DNA of 62,708 bases, filler included, from Rhabdomonas costata (Eukaryota): NCBI GenBank assembly GCA_019059605.1. It is 23 parts of 23 records of this genome, joined end to end, with 100 filler letters (N's around TTAATTAATTAA, not from the genome) between each part and the next. Parts side by side here need not be neighbours in the genome. Positions count along the whole stretch, not along the records: positions 38,074 to 40,689 come from JAHMHO010002612.1; positions 40,790 to 43,405 come from JAHMHO010002613.1; positions 43,506 to 46,120 come from JAHMHO010002614.1; positions 46,221 to 48,835 come from JAHMHO010002615.1; positions 48,936 to 51,550 come from JAHMHO010002616.1; 18 more parts are not named here. One strand, written 5' to 3'. The translations under genes and the position numbers were made by a program. The notes beneath the pieces were generated by a model. That model did no database searches. It was not told the DNA's origin and worked only from the letters and a program-made list of their open reading frames with translations. Each line of letters begins with the position of its first letter. Positions within the stretch are counted from its first letter, which is position 1. Shown here in pieces: positions 37,974 to 49,891 of this stretch.

Positions 37974-40789
37974 NNNNNNNNNNNNNNNNNNNNNNNNNNN
38001 NNNNNNNNNNNNNNNNNTTAATTAATTAANNNNNNNNNNNNNNNNNNNNNNNNNNNNNNNNNNNNNNNNNNNNGTTGGTTTGTCAAGTTGTGTGTTGTGT
38101 GGTGGGGTGGGGTGGGGTGGGGTGGTATGTGATGGGGTTTGTCAAGGTGTGTGTGTTTGTGTGTGTTTGGGTGAGTGACTGTCACCGCTAAACCAGAGTG
38201 ACGAAACCAGCCCTTGAAGCCATATGGCAACGAGCAAAACAAACGTAAATCCACACGCAGCATCGAAATGAAAGTGGACAGGCAAAAAATAACCAGACAT
38301 GAGGCACATTGCGCCTGTAAAAGATGGACACCGCACGCCTTGCATCAAGTGGGCCTATATAATATGAAATGTTTAGTAAAAGGTATATCTTTGTTTTTCG
38401 GCGCAGAAGTAGTGTGCGGCTGAGGCGTGGACGTTGCCTCGATGTAGATTTAGCAGCAACGCTCCGCACGTCTGCGAACACTCGTCCGCATGTGTTGTGG
38501 TGTCTACTTTCCCAAGGAAAGCTCTAAATCAATGAATTTACTCTACCACACTGACAAGGTGGTCGGGGTGACACAGGGTGATCTGTTGATGAATAAAATC
38601 TCCACAACCGCTCACTTTTCCGACCGCCAAGAAGAAGACAAAGCCAAATGCTGCGGATTTCTCCATCATGTCCTTCCCTTCATTCATCTCGGACAATTTG
38701 TTGGACAACCGTCCGCCCAGTTAATCACAGCTACGCAAAAGAAACATGCTTTGCGGCTGCGTGCATAACTAGACATGAGAGGCGACGAACGACGCTTGCC
38801 ATTCAGCTTGCGATCTCACCTCGTCTCTTTGCTTCTTCTGTAGCTGCTGCTCTCCTTGTGTGTGCAAGGGTTTTTTCGCTACTCTGCGTGTCGGCCACTG
38901 GAAACTGCCATGCCAATACCGACGCTGAAGACGTTTCCTCTAAGTCCTGCTGTCCTTAGTGAAGGCAATGAGGAGTGCCTTCACACACCCAGGTGACCCT
39001 AAAATTGTAAGAAGAATATATTGAAATCTCCGTTATACATCTTGAGTTGATATATTTCCAAACGTAGTCGGGTCTAGACTTCCCTTGGCGGGAATCTGTA
39101 CCACAACATTTTTACAAAGCCAGCCCATTTTGTGATTGGTACTTTGTCCAAATGGCTATACGCGCCTACAACCATGGCATGTATGGCGTACCGGACTGCA
39201 ACATGGTCAGGCAGCTGTTTGGTTTGTTTGAAAGTTCCATATGTCGGGGAATTTGGGCCCTTGGCTGATCTGTCACTTGTCGGCTGCGGTCCGCCTGTTC
39301 TTGAATACGAGATTTCTTGAGCAAATCCAATGAGTGCTGACTGAAATTCCCGATTCTCCAAGGCATTGGTCGTGGAGAGGGATTGGTCTCGGAGGAGAGT
39401 ACGAACGTCCTCTAGAGACATGGTCATGGATATAGATAAAACGGTGGAGGCAAAAGTGGCGGACGCGTCTATACAGACAGACAACTGTTCAACCTGTGCT
39501 TTGATTCAACAGCAATGGAACGATGCAACTGACAACTGTAGAGGAACAAAGCAAGCGAACGAGTGAGAAACAAGCAACATGACATGGAAAAACCGCATCG
39601 TGCGCTGGAGTATGTTTAATTTGGAGTTAGATGTATTGCTCTTGACTCTTGTCCGTAACCTGTCGGTTCGTCCGCGCGCGCTTGGTCCTATTCTGTTCAG
39701 TCATGCGCTCGCTTGCCGCACTCGCTCAAAAATGGTTTTTTGGGGGGTCAGTCCAATTGCGGTGATGCCGTCGGCGTTTTCTCGTGGGGGGAGGTTCGTG
39801 GTCCCAAAATGTTACCCGACCATCTTTTTCAACGCCGTGCTACCAAACCTTGGGCTTACACTGGAAACAAAATTGTCAATGTCCGCTAAAATGAGAATTT
39901 TCACACAACAAAATTCAAAAAGCCACTGAAGATGAATGCAAAAGGCAAAAAAAACAGCACTGGACTTCTAAACTTCTGTCCAGAAGGGTCTTTTTACCCT
40001 CTGCCACCACGAGTTTAGATAGGGCCTACCGTGGAGCAGGTCCTGCCGAAATTGATCGGCTTCTCATGGTCAATAGCCTTTCAATGCGTAGTTTTTATAC
40101 CTCAACCGATTGGTTGCCGGCTTTGGTTCGAGTTTCGGTGGCTCTGCCTGGTACTTCCTCTTGCTTGGTTCAGCCTTCTGTTGGGATCCTCTCAAGCAAA
40201 ACGCTAATAACAGAACAATATCAATCTTCGGGTTCGGTCCAACGACGCACGGGCAAGCGCAATTGAGGCTACGATTAAAGCAAAGGAATTTTCTCCCAAT
40301 TTCCAGCTCTATTTTACTGCCCGCTCAATCCACCATGGACGATCTTTCAAGCAATATGTATGAAGAATGGATTCTTCCGTCTCTATCTGTTCCTCGCTCT
40401 CTCTCCAATTATGCCCTTTGGATCGTGGTTGCGTGGTGTGGCACAATTTTTCCAACCGCTCGCTCTCTCATCGCTCCTCCTCCTATACAGATGGAGTTAA
40501 ATTCAAGTGGACCGGGACGACGAGCAAGCCCTGCTCAACGCAGCTGGCGCGAGTATGTTGCGTCGAAACAAATTGTCCAACAAGAAGCAGAAGAAACAGA
40601 GGCACACCAGGTAAATGAAAGAAAATGGAGTCAAAAAGAGGAAAGTCGAATTTTTGGCAAAGGGTCGGAAGGAAGGAACCCAAAAAACCNNNNNNNNNNN
40701 NNNNNNNNNNNNNNNNNNNNNNNNNNNNNNNNNTTAATTAATTAANNNNNNNNNNNNNNNNNNNNNNNNNNNNNNNNNNNNNNNNNNNN

Positions 40790-41670
40790 TCATGGTACAC
40801 AGCATGCGGAACCATCACATCAATCACTGACAGCCTGGAAGAGATGGAGTGGGATCCAAAGGATCTCCTGGATGCGCCTCCACGTTCGAAAATACAGGTT
40901 CACTACAGGTTCACCCGGCCTGGGAGATGCAGCAATGCCCCTTGCCGGTGGTACTCCTGCAGGTCCCCAATCCCCAAGCAAGGCCGGTCCCAGAACTCCT
41001 CCCCTTCACACCCATTCTCTCCTCTCAGTTCCTCTCCGCTAGGACTTGTAGCCTCCGTCCCATTGCCCTCGGAAGGGCCTGTCTGAAGCCTCACCACCAA
41101 GACGACTTGACGGACTCGGTCCTTCCCCGAACCACCACCGCTGCTGCTGTTAACACATGGTGGAGACTGAAGGAACTCGGGGATGTCATCGGGAAGGCGG
41201 AGGGTGTGTCTGGTGCGGGGGGCGAGCAGCAGCGCAGGATGGGGGCAAATGGTGAGCGTGAGGATGCACGGGAAGGAAGTTACCAGGGACCCGCTCAGGG
41301 GAGCGCCCGAGAGGGCGATCTGGCAAGGGGATCCCTCTGCGAGGCGGTACAGCAAAACGGTTAAAATGAAGCGCATTGAACAGCAAAAACAATTCCGGGA
41401 CAGGAGTTGTGTGGCCACAGGAGCGTGAAACGTTGGCAAGCTGCATCCCCTCTCCATCACAATAGTGCCACAGGATGTCCGACAATCGCTGTCTGTTAAA
41501 GCACCTGGCCAGTTGTTGCAGAATCGATGGAAAGCGGTGCTGTAAGGTGAGCGTCATTTCCCAGAGCCTCACTCTTTGTGGGCGGCTTCAGGTCGAGCTT
41601 TCACAAGCCATCCAAACATGGGGGCACCACAACATTCCAAATAGAGTGGTTCTGCAATCACGAACCAAAT
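40790..41670 (+). mobile_element. Highly decayed 3' end of an RLE-type non-LTR retrotransposon
   Basis: Ordered remnants across frameshifts: RRLDGL (about 41100), LGDV (about 41176), ET-GKLHP (about 41426-41450) and RLQVELSQAIQTWG (about 41583-41625). Confidence 0.45.
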
Positions 41671-43904
41671 GAGAAGGAAAAAGCTGAAGGACGGGTTCTG
41701 AAGCTACACACAAAAACACAATACCCTCTGGATCTGTCTGCACCGTGGCAGACTGCACCACTGCAACTGCAGCCGCTGCCTCCGACGGCTGTCCCCGCCC
41801 CTTTGCAAGCCTTCCTTGCCCCGCGGTTCCTCTCCTCTCAGCACCCCACCCCACAGATAGCCTCACACTGTGCCGGGGGAGTTTCCTCCCCCCTCGGGTC
41901 TCCTGAAAGGGGCTGTCCTCGAGAAAGACTTGCACTGCACGGGCATGCCGCGGAAGCTCCACACAGGAGTGCCACCCCACGAGAGCTACGGTGGGCTCAG
42001 AAGGTTTTAGGCAGGGCAAGGCTTCGTTGGGAGACTGTGGAAGCGCAGAGCCCGTTTGAAAGAATGGAAAATGAAGTGGAGATGAAACGTGTGGTGCGCT
42101 GGCGAAGCAGTGCCCGCACAAGGCCCCCTTCCCTCGGTCCCGATCTGATGACACCGTGACAGAAACATCCACAGAGCTTGAGATTGTGTCAATTTCGAAG
42201 TTCCGCGCAACATGTCAAGGAAGTTCAAAAACGTCGGCAAAAGCAACAGAAGCCGAATCCAGGACCTGGAACTAGCAATTAGTGTTAGTAAGCCAAGGAA
42301 ATCTTCCTCCAACAGTGTCCTATGGTCAAATGTAAAAGGGGAATCACATCATGTGGAGAACGCTTACGAAAGCGTTAAGCACAGGAACGGGACATCCTCT
42401 TCACGAGAGTTCCCGTCTTGCCGGTGGTGTCCAGGCAAGAACCAGTCTGTTGCTGGCAGTGGGTTGCTGCTGATCTCGCAGCCCCATGGCATTGCAGCTA
42501 CGCCTGCTCCAATCTGCTGTCCCCCATTCGACAGTCGGGGGCAATCCACCACACTCGCTTGCCTATAAGATGCTTGCTTTTGAGGGGATTGTAGCGATTC
42601 CTGAACCAGCTAATGCATGCGTGTCTGTGTGTGTGCCCCATCCTCTAAACGCAATAACCTGAGACGAGTCGGAGGTGGTCTTCTCCAAGTTTGACGAAGC
42701 GGGAGTGGCGGAGAGCTCCGCAAGGGTGATTGCTCCGTCGTGGAAAAGGACTTCCTCCAAAGTGGAGCGCCTCAGCACAGCGTGGCCGCGGAAATATAGG
42801 AAGGGCGGGCTGGGCATTGATGATGTTGGGCCGGAAGAGGGGTGCAGGCACTCCTATAAAACCGAAGCGGAGGGGTGAACGGGGGAGAGCTGCTATCTTT
42901 AATCTTAAGCAGCTGGTATGACATCAAGGACGAATTAATACAATTGATCAACTCGCTCCGTTTACCGTAAGCCGGAGTGCAGTGCACTTGGTGACGTTGC
43001 CGAATAGCACTTAGAAAATTGCACTTGCCTTCACAACTCATAGCATTTTTGTTGTTGACTTGACGAATAGGACATGATGGTATCGATCCAAAGTGCAGTT
43101 CCAAACGCAACCGCTCTGACGTGTATGCCGCCTCGATGAAAATGTTTGGCGGATGCTCACCAATAACGGTCGGTTTTCCTCCCAACACCGCGACACACAC
43201 TTGAGAATACGACACCTTGAATTGGGAAAATAAGTACGGTTCGCATCGATGCCCAGTTGGAGAGGAATAATTCACTGCCATTTTGATTAGGATCGCGAAT
43301 GCGTTCAACTGGTGACCAATTGACAGTACTGCAATGCATGTGACAGAAGAGTTCGCAGCAAATGTTGGACTTGTCGCTTCTTATGTGACTTGCACGGCAA
43401 CCACCNNNNNNNNNNNNNNNNNNNNNNNNNNNNNNNNNNNNNNNNNNNNTTAATTAATTAANNNNNNNNNNNNNNNNNNNNNNNNNNNNNNNNNNNNNNN
43501 NNNNNGGTTGGTTGTGCCCCCCTGCAGTGGAGGTGCGCTCCTGTCTCACTTCGTGCGTCGCCTTCGGTCCCACCGCCAAATGAGTGAATTATGGTCATGG
43601 TGACGTTGTCGCTCACAGTTCTTTGCTGCTGCTATATCTGTGTGATGGCGGCGTGAACGGGTATAGTTGAGCGTCTTGGCTACAGGTAAACGGTAAACGG
43701 TAAACGGGATTTCACAGACTCTTGGGCTCCAAGGCAGAGCGTACAAGGGGCAAGCGGGGATGGTTCCTTGCAGGTGATGACCCAAGCACTGCGGGGTCGA
43801 TAAGTGAGGCATGACATCATTCAGCTGCTCGGCACAGAGTTCACCCCTATCACCCTCACTGACTCTAACCCCTAGCCCATCGACATACATTATATTCCAC
43901 GCAG

Positions 43905-46110
43905 GCCCAGCCGCGGTCGGACGAGGAGGTGGACCCCCGTGCAGCGTACTGCTTTCCTCCGGCCGTGGCCGCCAAGCTGCTCCCTCTGTTCACATCTCAT
44001 TGTCAGCCCCTTTTCGACTTCATCCGCCGGGAGTGCAAGGTATCCGCACACGGTCCCCACCGCCACCACCAACATCTCTTCAGTTTGCTTCAAAGTATGG
44101 GTCGCGAGTCGTTGTTCAGAAGTGCGAATCTCTTGAGCCATTAACTGGGCCTCAGCCTGGGGAGGAATATGTGCATGTGGCGGCTAGCTGCGGTGGCTAC
44201 ATGGAAACCACCGCCAACTTCGAAACCTCTGTAGAAATAAGGTTGCGTGGTGTGCATCGCGTTCCTACATCTAATCTAATGTCTACTCTGGCATTCTTTC
44301 CTGGTGACTTTCAACTAGGTTTCAAGTTGAAATCACGATTTCAATGGCTTCCAACGGAAAGCAAATAATTCCGCCTGCACAGGTGATTATGCAGACCACC
44401 CTTGCTCACATCGTGACCAATGTTTACCACTTGCTCAACCCTGTGGTGCAAGAAGGCCCGCCCAACCCCGACGACACCTTTCTCACACGAGCCTTCTGGT
44501 TCAGTCTGGCCTGGTCCTCCGGGGGAATGCTCGAGGCCGGTGACCGCGCCCGAGTGGACGGGTTTTTGCGCGGCAGGGCCGCTGGTCTGGGGCTTCCGGA
44601 CCAGGACACCATCTTTGAGTACCGCGTCGACCCCAAAACCGGAGAGTGGCGGCACTGGAACACTGGTAGCACGTCCCCCAAGATTTTTTTGTCGCATTAA
44701 GCGTTTGAGTTTGTGGTTCATGTTTCACTGTTCATTGGAGAAGAGTATGCGCCGTACCCTGGCGCATAATTTCTTGTAACTAAAAATGATGATTTCTGAT
44801 TTTGCTTTTCCTGTCGCCTGCCTTGTGTCACTTTTTTGTTCGCAGTGAGGTAAGGACAGCTGAAAATTATTCTGGCCATTTCCTCACCTCCAACGTTCTA
44901 GATGACGGCGGATCCCACACGTTGCCTCAATTTCAATCCGGAAAACCACACAAAAAAGCACCAGGAGATAAAAAAACAAAAGGGCACAATGCACAGTTTA
45001 ACGTAGAAAAAGATGGCAAGGGGAATGGCAAAGACAGAAAAAAAAAGGCAACATATGGAGACGAGAGCGAAGGGAACCAAAAAGGATAACTATGTTCAAA
45101 AGCAAAACATGTTGTGAAAAGGAAGCAGCAAGGGACTCAGGGGGCGGGAAGCTAAGAGGGAAGGGAAGAGTTACACAGCGTTACTCGCGTGGAGCAAGAA
45201 GAAGCATCTCAAGTGGAGCGGGAAGGCCGCGGACGCGAGGGCGAGACGCCAATAAGAAAAGTAAAGGCTGTTATACTACGGAGTACACCGAAGGCAGCAA
45301 GCGGGTGCAGAATGGAAGGAGAGCACCAAGGGGGAGGGGAGAGGGTAGTCAGGCAATTCTTTTGCCCTGCCGCCTCAGCGATTCCGGCGTGGAAGTACCC
45401 CGGAGATGGCAAGCTGGAGTTCTCGACACTGTTCATCCCCACCCTGGACAGCGTGAGGATGCACGCCCTGATTGATTACAACTGGAGGAAGCGTCACCCT
45501 GTTCTGCTGATGGGGGGCCCTGGAACCGCGAAGACTGTCACCCTGGAGCAGCACCTCAGCCTGCTCGACCGCCGCGAGGACTCCATGGTGTGTCCAAGGG
45601 ACGGGTTCATCCCTCTCAGCTCTCTGAGCCCTCTTGGCGTGAACCGAAAGCCACGCGGTCTTCTGATGGCCAAGAGTTACCCCCCTCTCTTCTTTTCCAA
45701 CGAGTCGACCGGCGTTCAAGAGACTTTGGACAGTCAACAATTGGCACTCTCACATCTGAGACAAAATGTTTAGCATGGGACCAATATCCAGCATCCAATC
45801 CTCCCAATATCCTTCCGAATTTAATGAATGTCACGTGAGACCTTGTCAACGATTGACTTGTGGCGTTCTTCTGTGAACAGACAAGTGCGGCTTCTTGAAT
45901 CGAACTTTTCCAGCCCTCTCTTTCTCCGTTTGTTTATGCTCCGTCCCATTCTGTATAAAGGACGAGAACCTGCGGTGGACGAAGCTGAACTTCAGCTCCG
46001 CCACCACCCCGGGAATCTTCCAGGCCTCCATCGATGACCTAGTGGAGAAGCGGATGGGCTCAACCTACGGCCCCAAGCGGAACGCCCGGCTGACCCTGTT
46101 TGTCGATGAC
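43905..46110 (+). CDS. Axonemal dynein heavy chain (DNAH5/DNAH8 outer-arm-like), AAA2-AAA3 region, four exons
   Basis: Exons 43905-44039, 44383-44665, 45379-45587, 45961-46110 give [12 protein letters not shown]...TIFEY...[13 protein letters not shown]...[12 protein letters not shown]...[30 protein letters not shown]...LFVDD. Confidence 0.95.
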
Positions 46111-46220
46111 CCCAACCAACNNNNNNNNNNNNNNNNNNNNNNNNNNNNNNNNNNNNNNNNNNNNTTAATTAATTAANNNNNNNNNNNNNNNNNNNNNNNN
46201 NNNNNNNNNNNNNNNNNNNN

Positions 46221-46698
46221 GTGGGGGGGGGAGAAGAGTTGCCATCGGCACGGGACGCTGTGGCCAGCACCGCCGAGTTCGCCGGCTTAGTGGTGCCGCT
46301 GGGAGGCCCTCTGGGATCGTTGGTTCGGGGTGACCTTCTTTTGGAGAGCTTCCATCGGGGCAGCTCACTGATGGTGGACATCTCTGTGGTGGACCCGCTG
46401 CAAGTTGCCTCTTCGTTCAAGGCGCAGGAAGTGGGGGTCATTGCCCAACGCCGCGAAGAAGCGAAGGACGCTCTATATAAGCAAAAGTGCGAGCGGGCGG
46501 GCTACGGGTTCGCGGCTTTGGCCGGGGAAACGACGGGAAGCTGGGCCTCGGCACTCGACGAAAGTGCTGGACAAGCTCTTCCGCGTACACTCTGCTCGAA
46601 TGCTCGAAGGTGCGGTAAACGGACGCATGTCGGTGGCGCTGATGCGGTCTGTGGGGTCGCAGTTGGCGTGGGGAGTCTTCGGTTCCCCCTCTCATTAG
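46221..46698 (+). mobile_element. 3' end of a CRE-like non-LTR retrotransposon (restriction-like endonuclease domain), frameshifted
   Basis: RDAV...RGDLLL...MVDISVVDP...AQRREEAKDALYKQKCERAGYGFAALAGETTGSW, then after a frameshift near 46555 ...RMSVALMRSVG...*. Confidence 0.8.
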
Positions 46699-46969
46699 AT
46701 TTCGGGTGGAGGGGAGCGTGTGTATTGTGTTTTTTCAACCTACCATCTGTAGTTTAGTTACGTACATGCACAGATTGAATTTCCTAGAAGTGACCTGGAG
46801 TGTACTGTGTGCTTTCGTTGGTTACAAAAAAATGATCCGAAAACTGCTGCGCCTTTCCGCCTTTCCCACCGAGTTGCACGCATTGGCAAAGTTGACCAAA
46901 ATGAGGGATTCGTCGGACCTTGCAGATTCTGCCCATGCCTGCACCGCGTGACTGATGCATTCGCCACAG

Positions 46970-48207
46970 GCCAAGGTTGAGACAAAATCACGGCACTGCT
47001 GGCACAGACAAGGACTGGGACTGGTCTCGCGTGGCGTCCTTCTTGCTGTATAACTTCCGAACCGGTACGTGTTCTTCAAAATCGCCGACGGGGACGTTCG
47101 TGGCTGAAAGAGAGTTTGCAACCCTCGCGATTCTTCTGTTTTCAATTGGTTACCACCCTTCTCCGGAGAGAAACCGTCAGAGAAACGCAATTGGGGCCCT
47201 CGCCATACACAGCTGTACGCGCGGGGTTCCCGATCGGGACCCTGGTGAGTGGGGTCCGGGCCGGGGACAGGGATTGATTGGGGCGTGTTTCCTATGTGCA
47301 GCAAGTCCCAAAGTGCCTCGTCATTTTTGTTGACTTGGACAATATTCGGCGTTAAGTTCTTCCGTTGACTTGCATGGAACTGTGTCAGTTACGCCCCCCT
47401 CCCTTCGTCCCTCTGCTATCTGTCTCTATTCAAATCCTGCTCTCTCAGGTGCTTTAACAAGGGTCCCTCTTCCTGGGGGGACGCACTGGGTGGACTACGA
47501 CGAGCAGACGCAGACCATCCTGTGGCTGCGGAATCGCATGCACCGAGTGGACTGCGGGGTCATTCGCAAGGTGCCGCGCAGACCGTTCCAGACCTTTCGC
47601 CGTTACATATTCACCGAGTTCGGTTGTTGGCCAGTTGCTTGCACCGTTCTGCAGCTTCCCATCAATCTCTCAAAACACGACACGAACCTGCTCTGCCTCC
47701 GAGCCCGTTTCGCTTTCTTTTTCTGTGGGGCAGGGGATTTAGCTCCACGGTAACTCGATGTAATGCAGACGTTAATTATGTGAGTCCTTGATTTGTAATT
47801 TGAGTGATGTGCACTTAAGGTCTGTCAAAGGAGGAGAGGTCCCACCGGGAAATGGGCAATCGCGATCCCCAGGCGATGGAGGGACGTTTATCCGTCAGGT
47901 CATAGTAGTGCAATACCAAGAGTGAGATGAGGCTTTTCGTTGCCGGGTTAGCAAGCATTTCAAAGATACAGGTAGGTTGAGGTGTGTTGCCACCAGCTTT
48001 TATGGGAAGCTTGTTTTCTTTTCTCTCTGGAATTCCTGCGGAGATGTTGGGCGTGGGGGGCATACACTCTTGCAGAGGCCGAGCTTGCGGTGCCCGTCGC
48101 TGTTCCTGCAGTCCAGAATCCGGCACAACATGGTTATCACAGATGACATTGTGGAGCAGACGCTGGACGGGCATGTCACGTTTGAATGGGATGTCTTCCA
48201 GAGGCTG
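46970..48207 (+). CDS. Arylsulfotransferase (ASST)-like beta-propeller protein, three internal exons
   Basis: Phase-consistent exons 46970-47064, 47449-47570, 48112-48207 give ...GGTHWVDYDEQTQTILWL...VITDDIVEQTLDGHVTFEWDVFQRL, resembling the ASST D.I.E.D..G.V.WEW motif. Confidence 0.6.
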
Positions 48208-48703
48208 GTGCGCCGGGAGGCACGGGAGTTTGTCTTTGCCCCGATGCCGATGCGGCGCTGGTGTCCACCCCCTACCCTTCTCTCTGGCTCCCTCTGCTTC
48301 ATAGTTTCTCCCCCTCCCTTTTTTTCTTGCATTTTACCTCTTGCAGCATCGAGCTCCGAGCCTGGCTTGTTTCTATCGGGAGTGAGGAGTGTAGGGCGGG
48401 GAGAGGACTTTTGGTTAAACGCTATTTTTCTCGTATGGTCGTTTGGGCATTGCTGTGCTGACTTCAAACAGTTGATGAGCAGCGTATGTGAGGCTTTCCC
48501 TCTTTCACAGTACTTCCCCGTGTAAACAGCGGCGCAGATATCCAAACATCCCTGCGTAATGCCTCTCTGTCTCAGGGGAGAACAAGACTTCGAAACGATC
48601 ATTCTCTTCGCTTTTAATTCTCATTTCTGGTTTTTGTTGTTTTGCATTCTGCTCTTGTGTTTTCGTGAGTTTTTGACTGTTGATGATGATGACATTGGGA
48701 ATT

Positions 48704-48835
48704 GTTGCTGGCAATCTTCCCCAATCTGGCGGATGATTGGGGAATGGGTGGCGAGGGTGGAAATTTCGCCTTACATCGTCTCGCGTGCTGCCCATTCCCC
48801 AATCATCCGCCAGATTGGGGAAGATTGCCACCAAC
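48704..48835. mobile_element. About 132-bp foldback element with 40-bp perfect inverted arms
   Basis: 48709-48748 is the exact reverse complement of 48791-48830. Each arm holds an internal CCCCAATC/GATTGGGG palindrome. Confidence 0.75.
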
Positions 48836-49347
48836 NNNNNNNNNNNNNNNNNNNNNNNNNNNNNNNNNNNNNNNNNNNNTTAATTAATTAANNNNNNNNN
48901 NNNNNNNNNNNNNNNNNNNNNNNNNNNNNNNNNNNTTTGTTGTGTATCGTCCGAAAAAGACAATTTTGAAGGTCCAGGATGCCTTGGGCCCAAGATCCTA
49001 GGTGCTGGAGGGTAGGGATGGGACCGATGCGCGTGCCGCTGGATGACGTAATTTGGTCTTGCAAGGGAACAATGCATGTGCCCCGGGACGAGGTTTTTTC
49101 CGTTCGGAGAGTTAGAGGAGGATGTGGACGAAAATTCGAGATGCGAGCGAGCTGCGGGGATGCTGCCGCACTGTATTCACTCTTTTGTGATTCATTCGAT
49201 GTGATAATTCCTTCACCCTGCTGCCACCAGGGGGTGCAGATTCGTTAGTTGAGGGGGGTTGCATGTCCAAATTCTATTGTGCAGATTTTGTTTGAAGCAG
49301 CCGAAACGTTTTTGTGTAGGGTTATCATTCATTGTTCCCTGCTTTAG

Positions 49348-49891
49348 GTTACACCCCTCTTTTGCCTTGCGAGATGGGGCCCTTCTTTACCGACACCTGG
49401 TAAGTACCATCAGAGCCGCTGGGCTGGTACCTGCCCCGGAGGGTGCTTCGCAAAGAGTGAGCTCCCCCGCCTCAGCATTGCCCCTTGCACCCCAACCTCA
49501 ACGGGCGCAAATTGCATGGCAAGAGGCCGAGCTTGTCCCCAGCTGGTGGGCAAGTGCCCTAGGCAGCTGCTCATCGTGTATCTGCTTTTGGATCCGAGCC
49601 TGTTTGGGTTTTCCCCCCGTCGCCCCGGCGAGGAGTGCTGCGTCCTCCGTGCCACGCCCCGAGGGGTCCTCCGCGAACCCCGTTGCGCGGCCGTCATTGC
49701 CTGTTGCACCGGCGAGTAGTGGATCGGTCAAGAGCTGTGGCCACCGATGCAGCCTGTCCCTCGACCGCTGCTGCGCTTGCACGGATCAGCGGCCGGTGCA
49801 GCGCGAGAACACCTACTCGGTGTACATTGACGGCGAGGGATGGGTCAACCGGGGGCGACGGCGGCAATTCTACTGCCCCTCGTGCCGGTGA
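49348..49891 (+). CDS. Terminal exon of an unknown protein with a Cys-rich C-terminus
   Basis: Open frame after TTTAG ends CGHRCSLSLDRCCACTDQRP...YIDGEGWV...FYCPSCR*. Confidence 0.55.
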
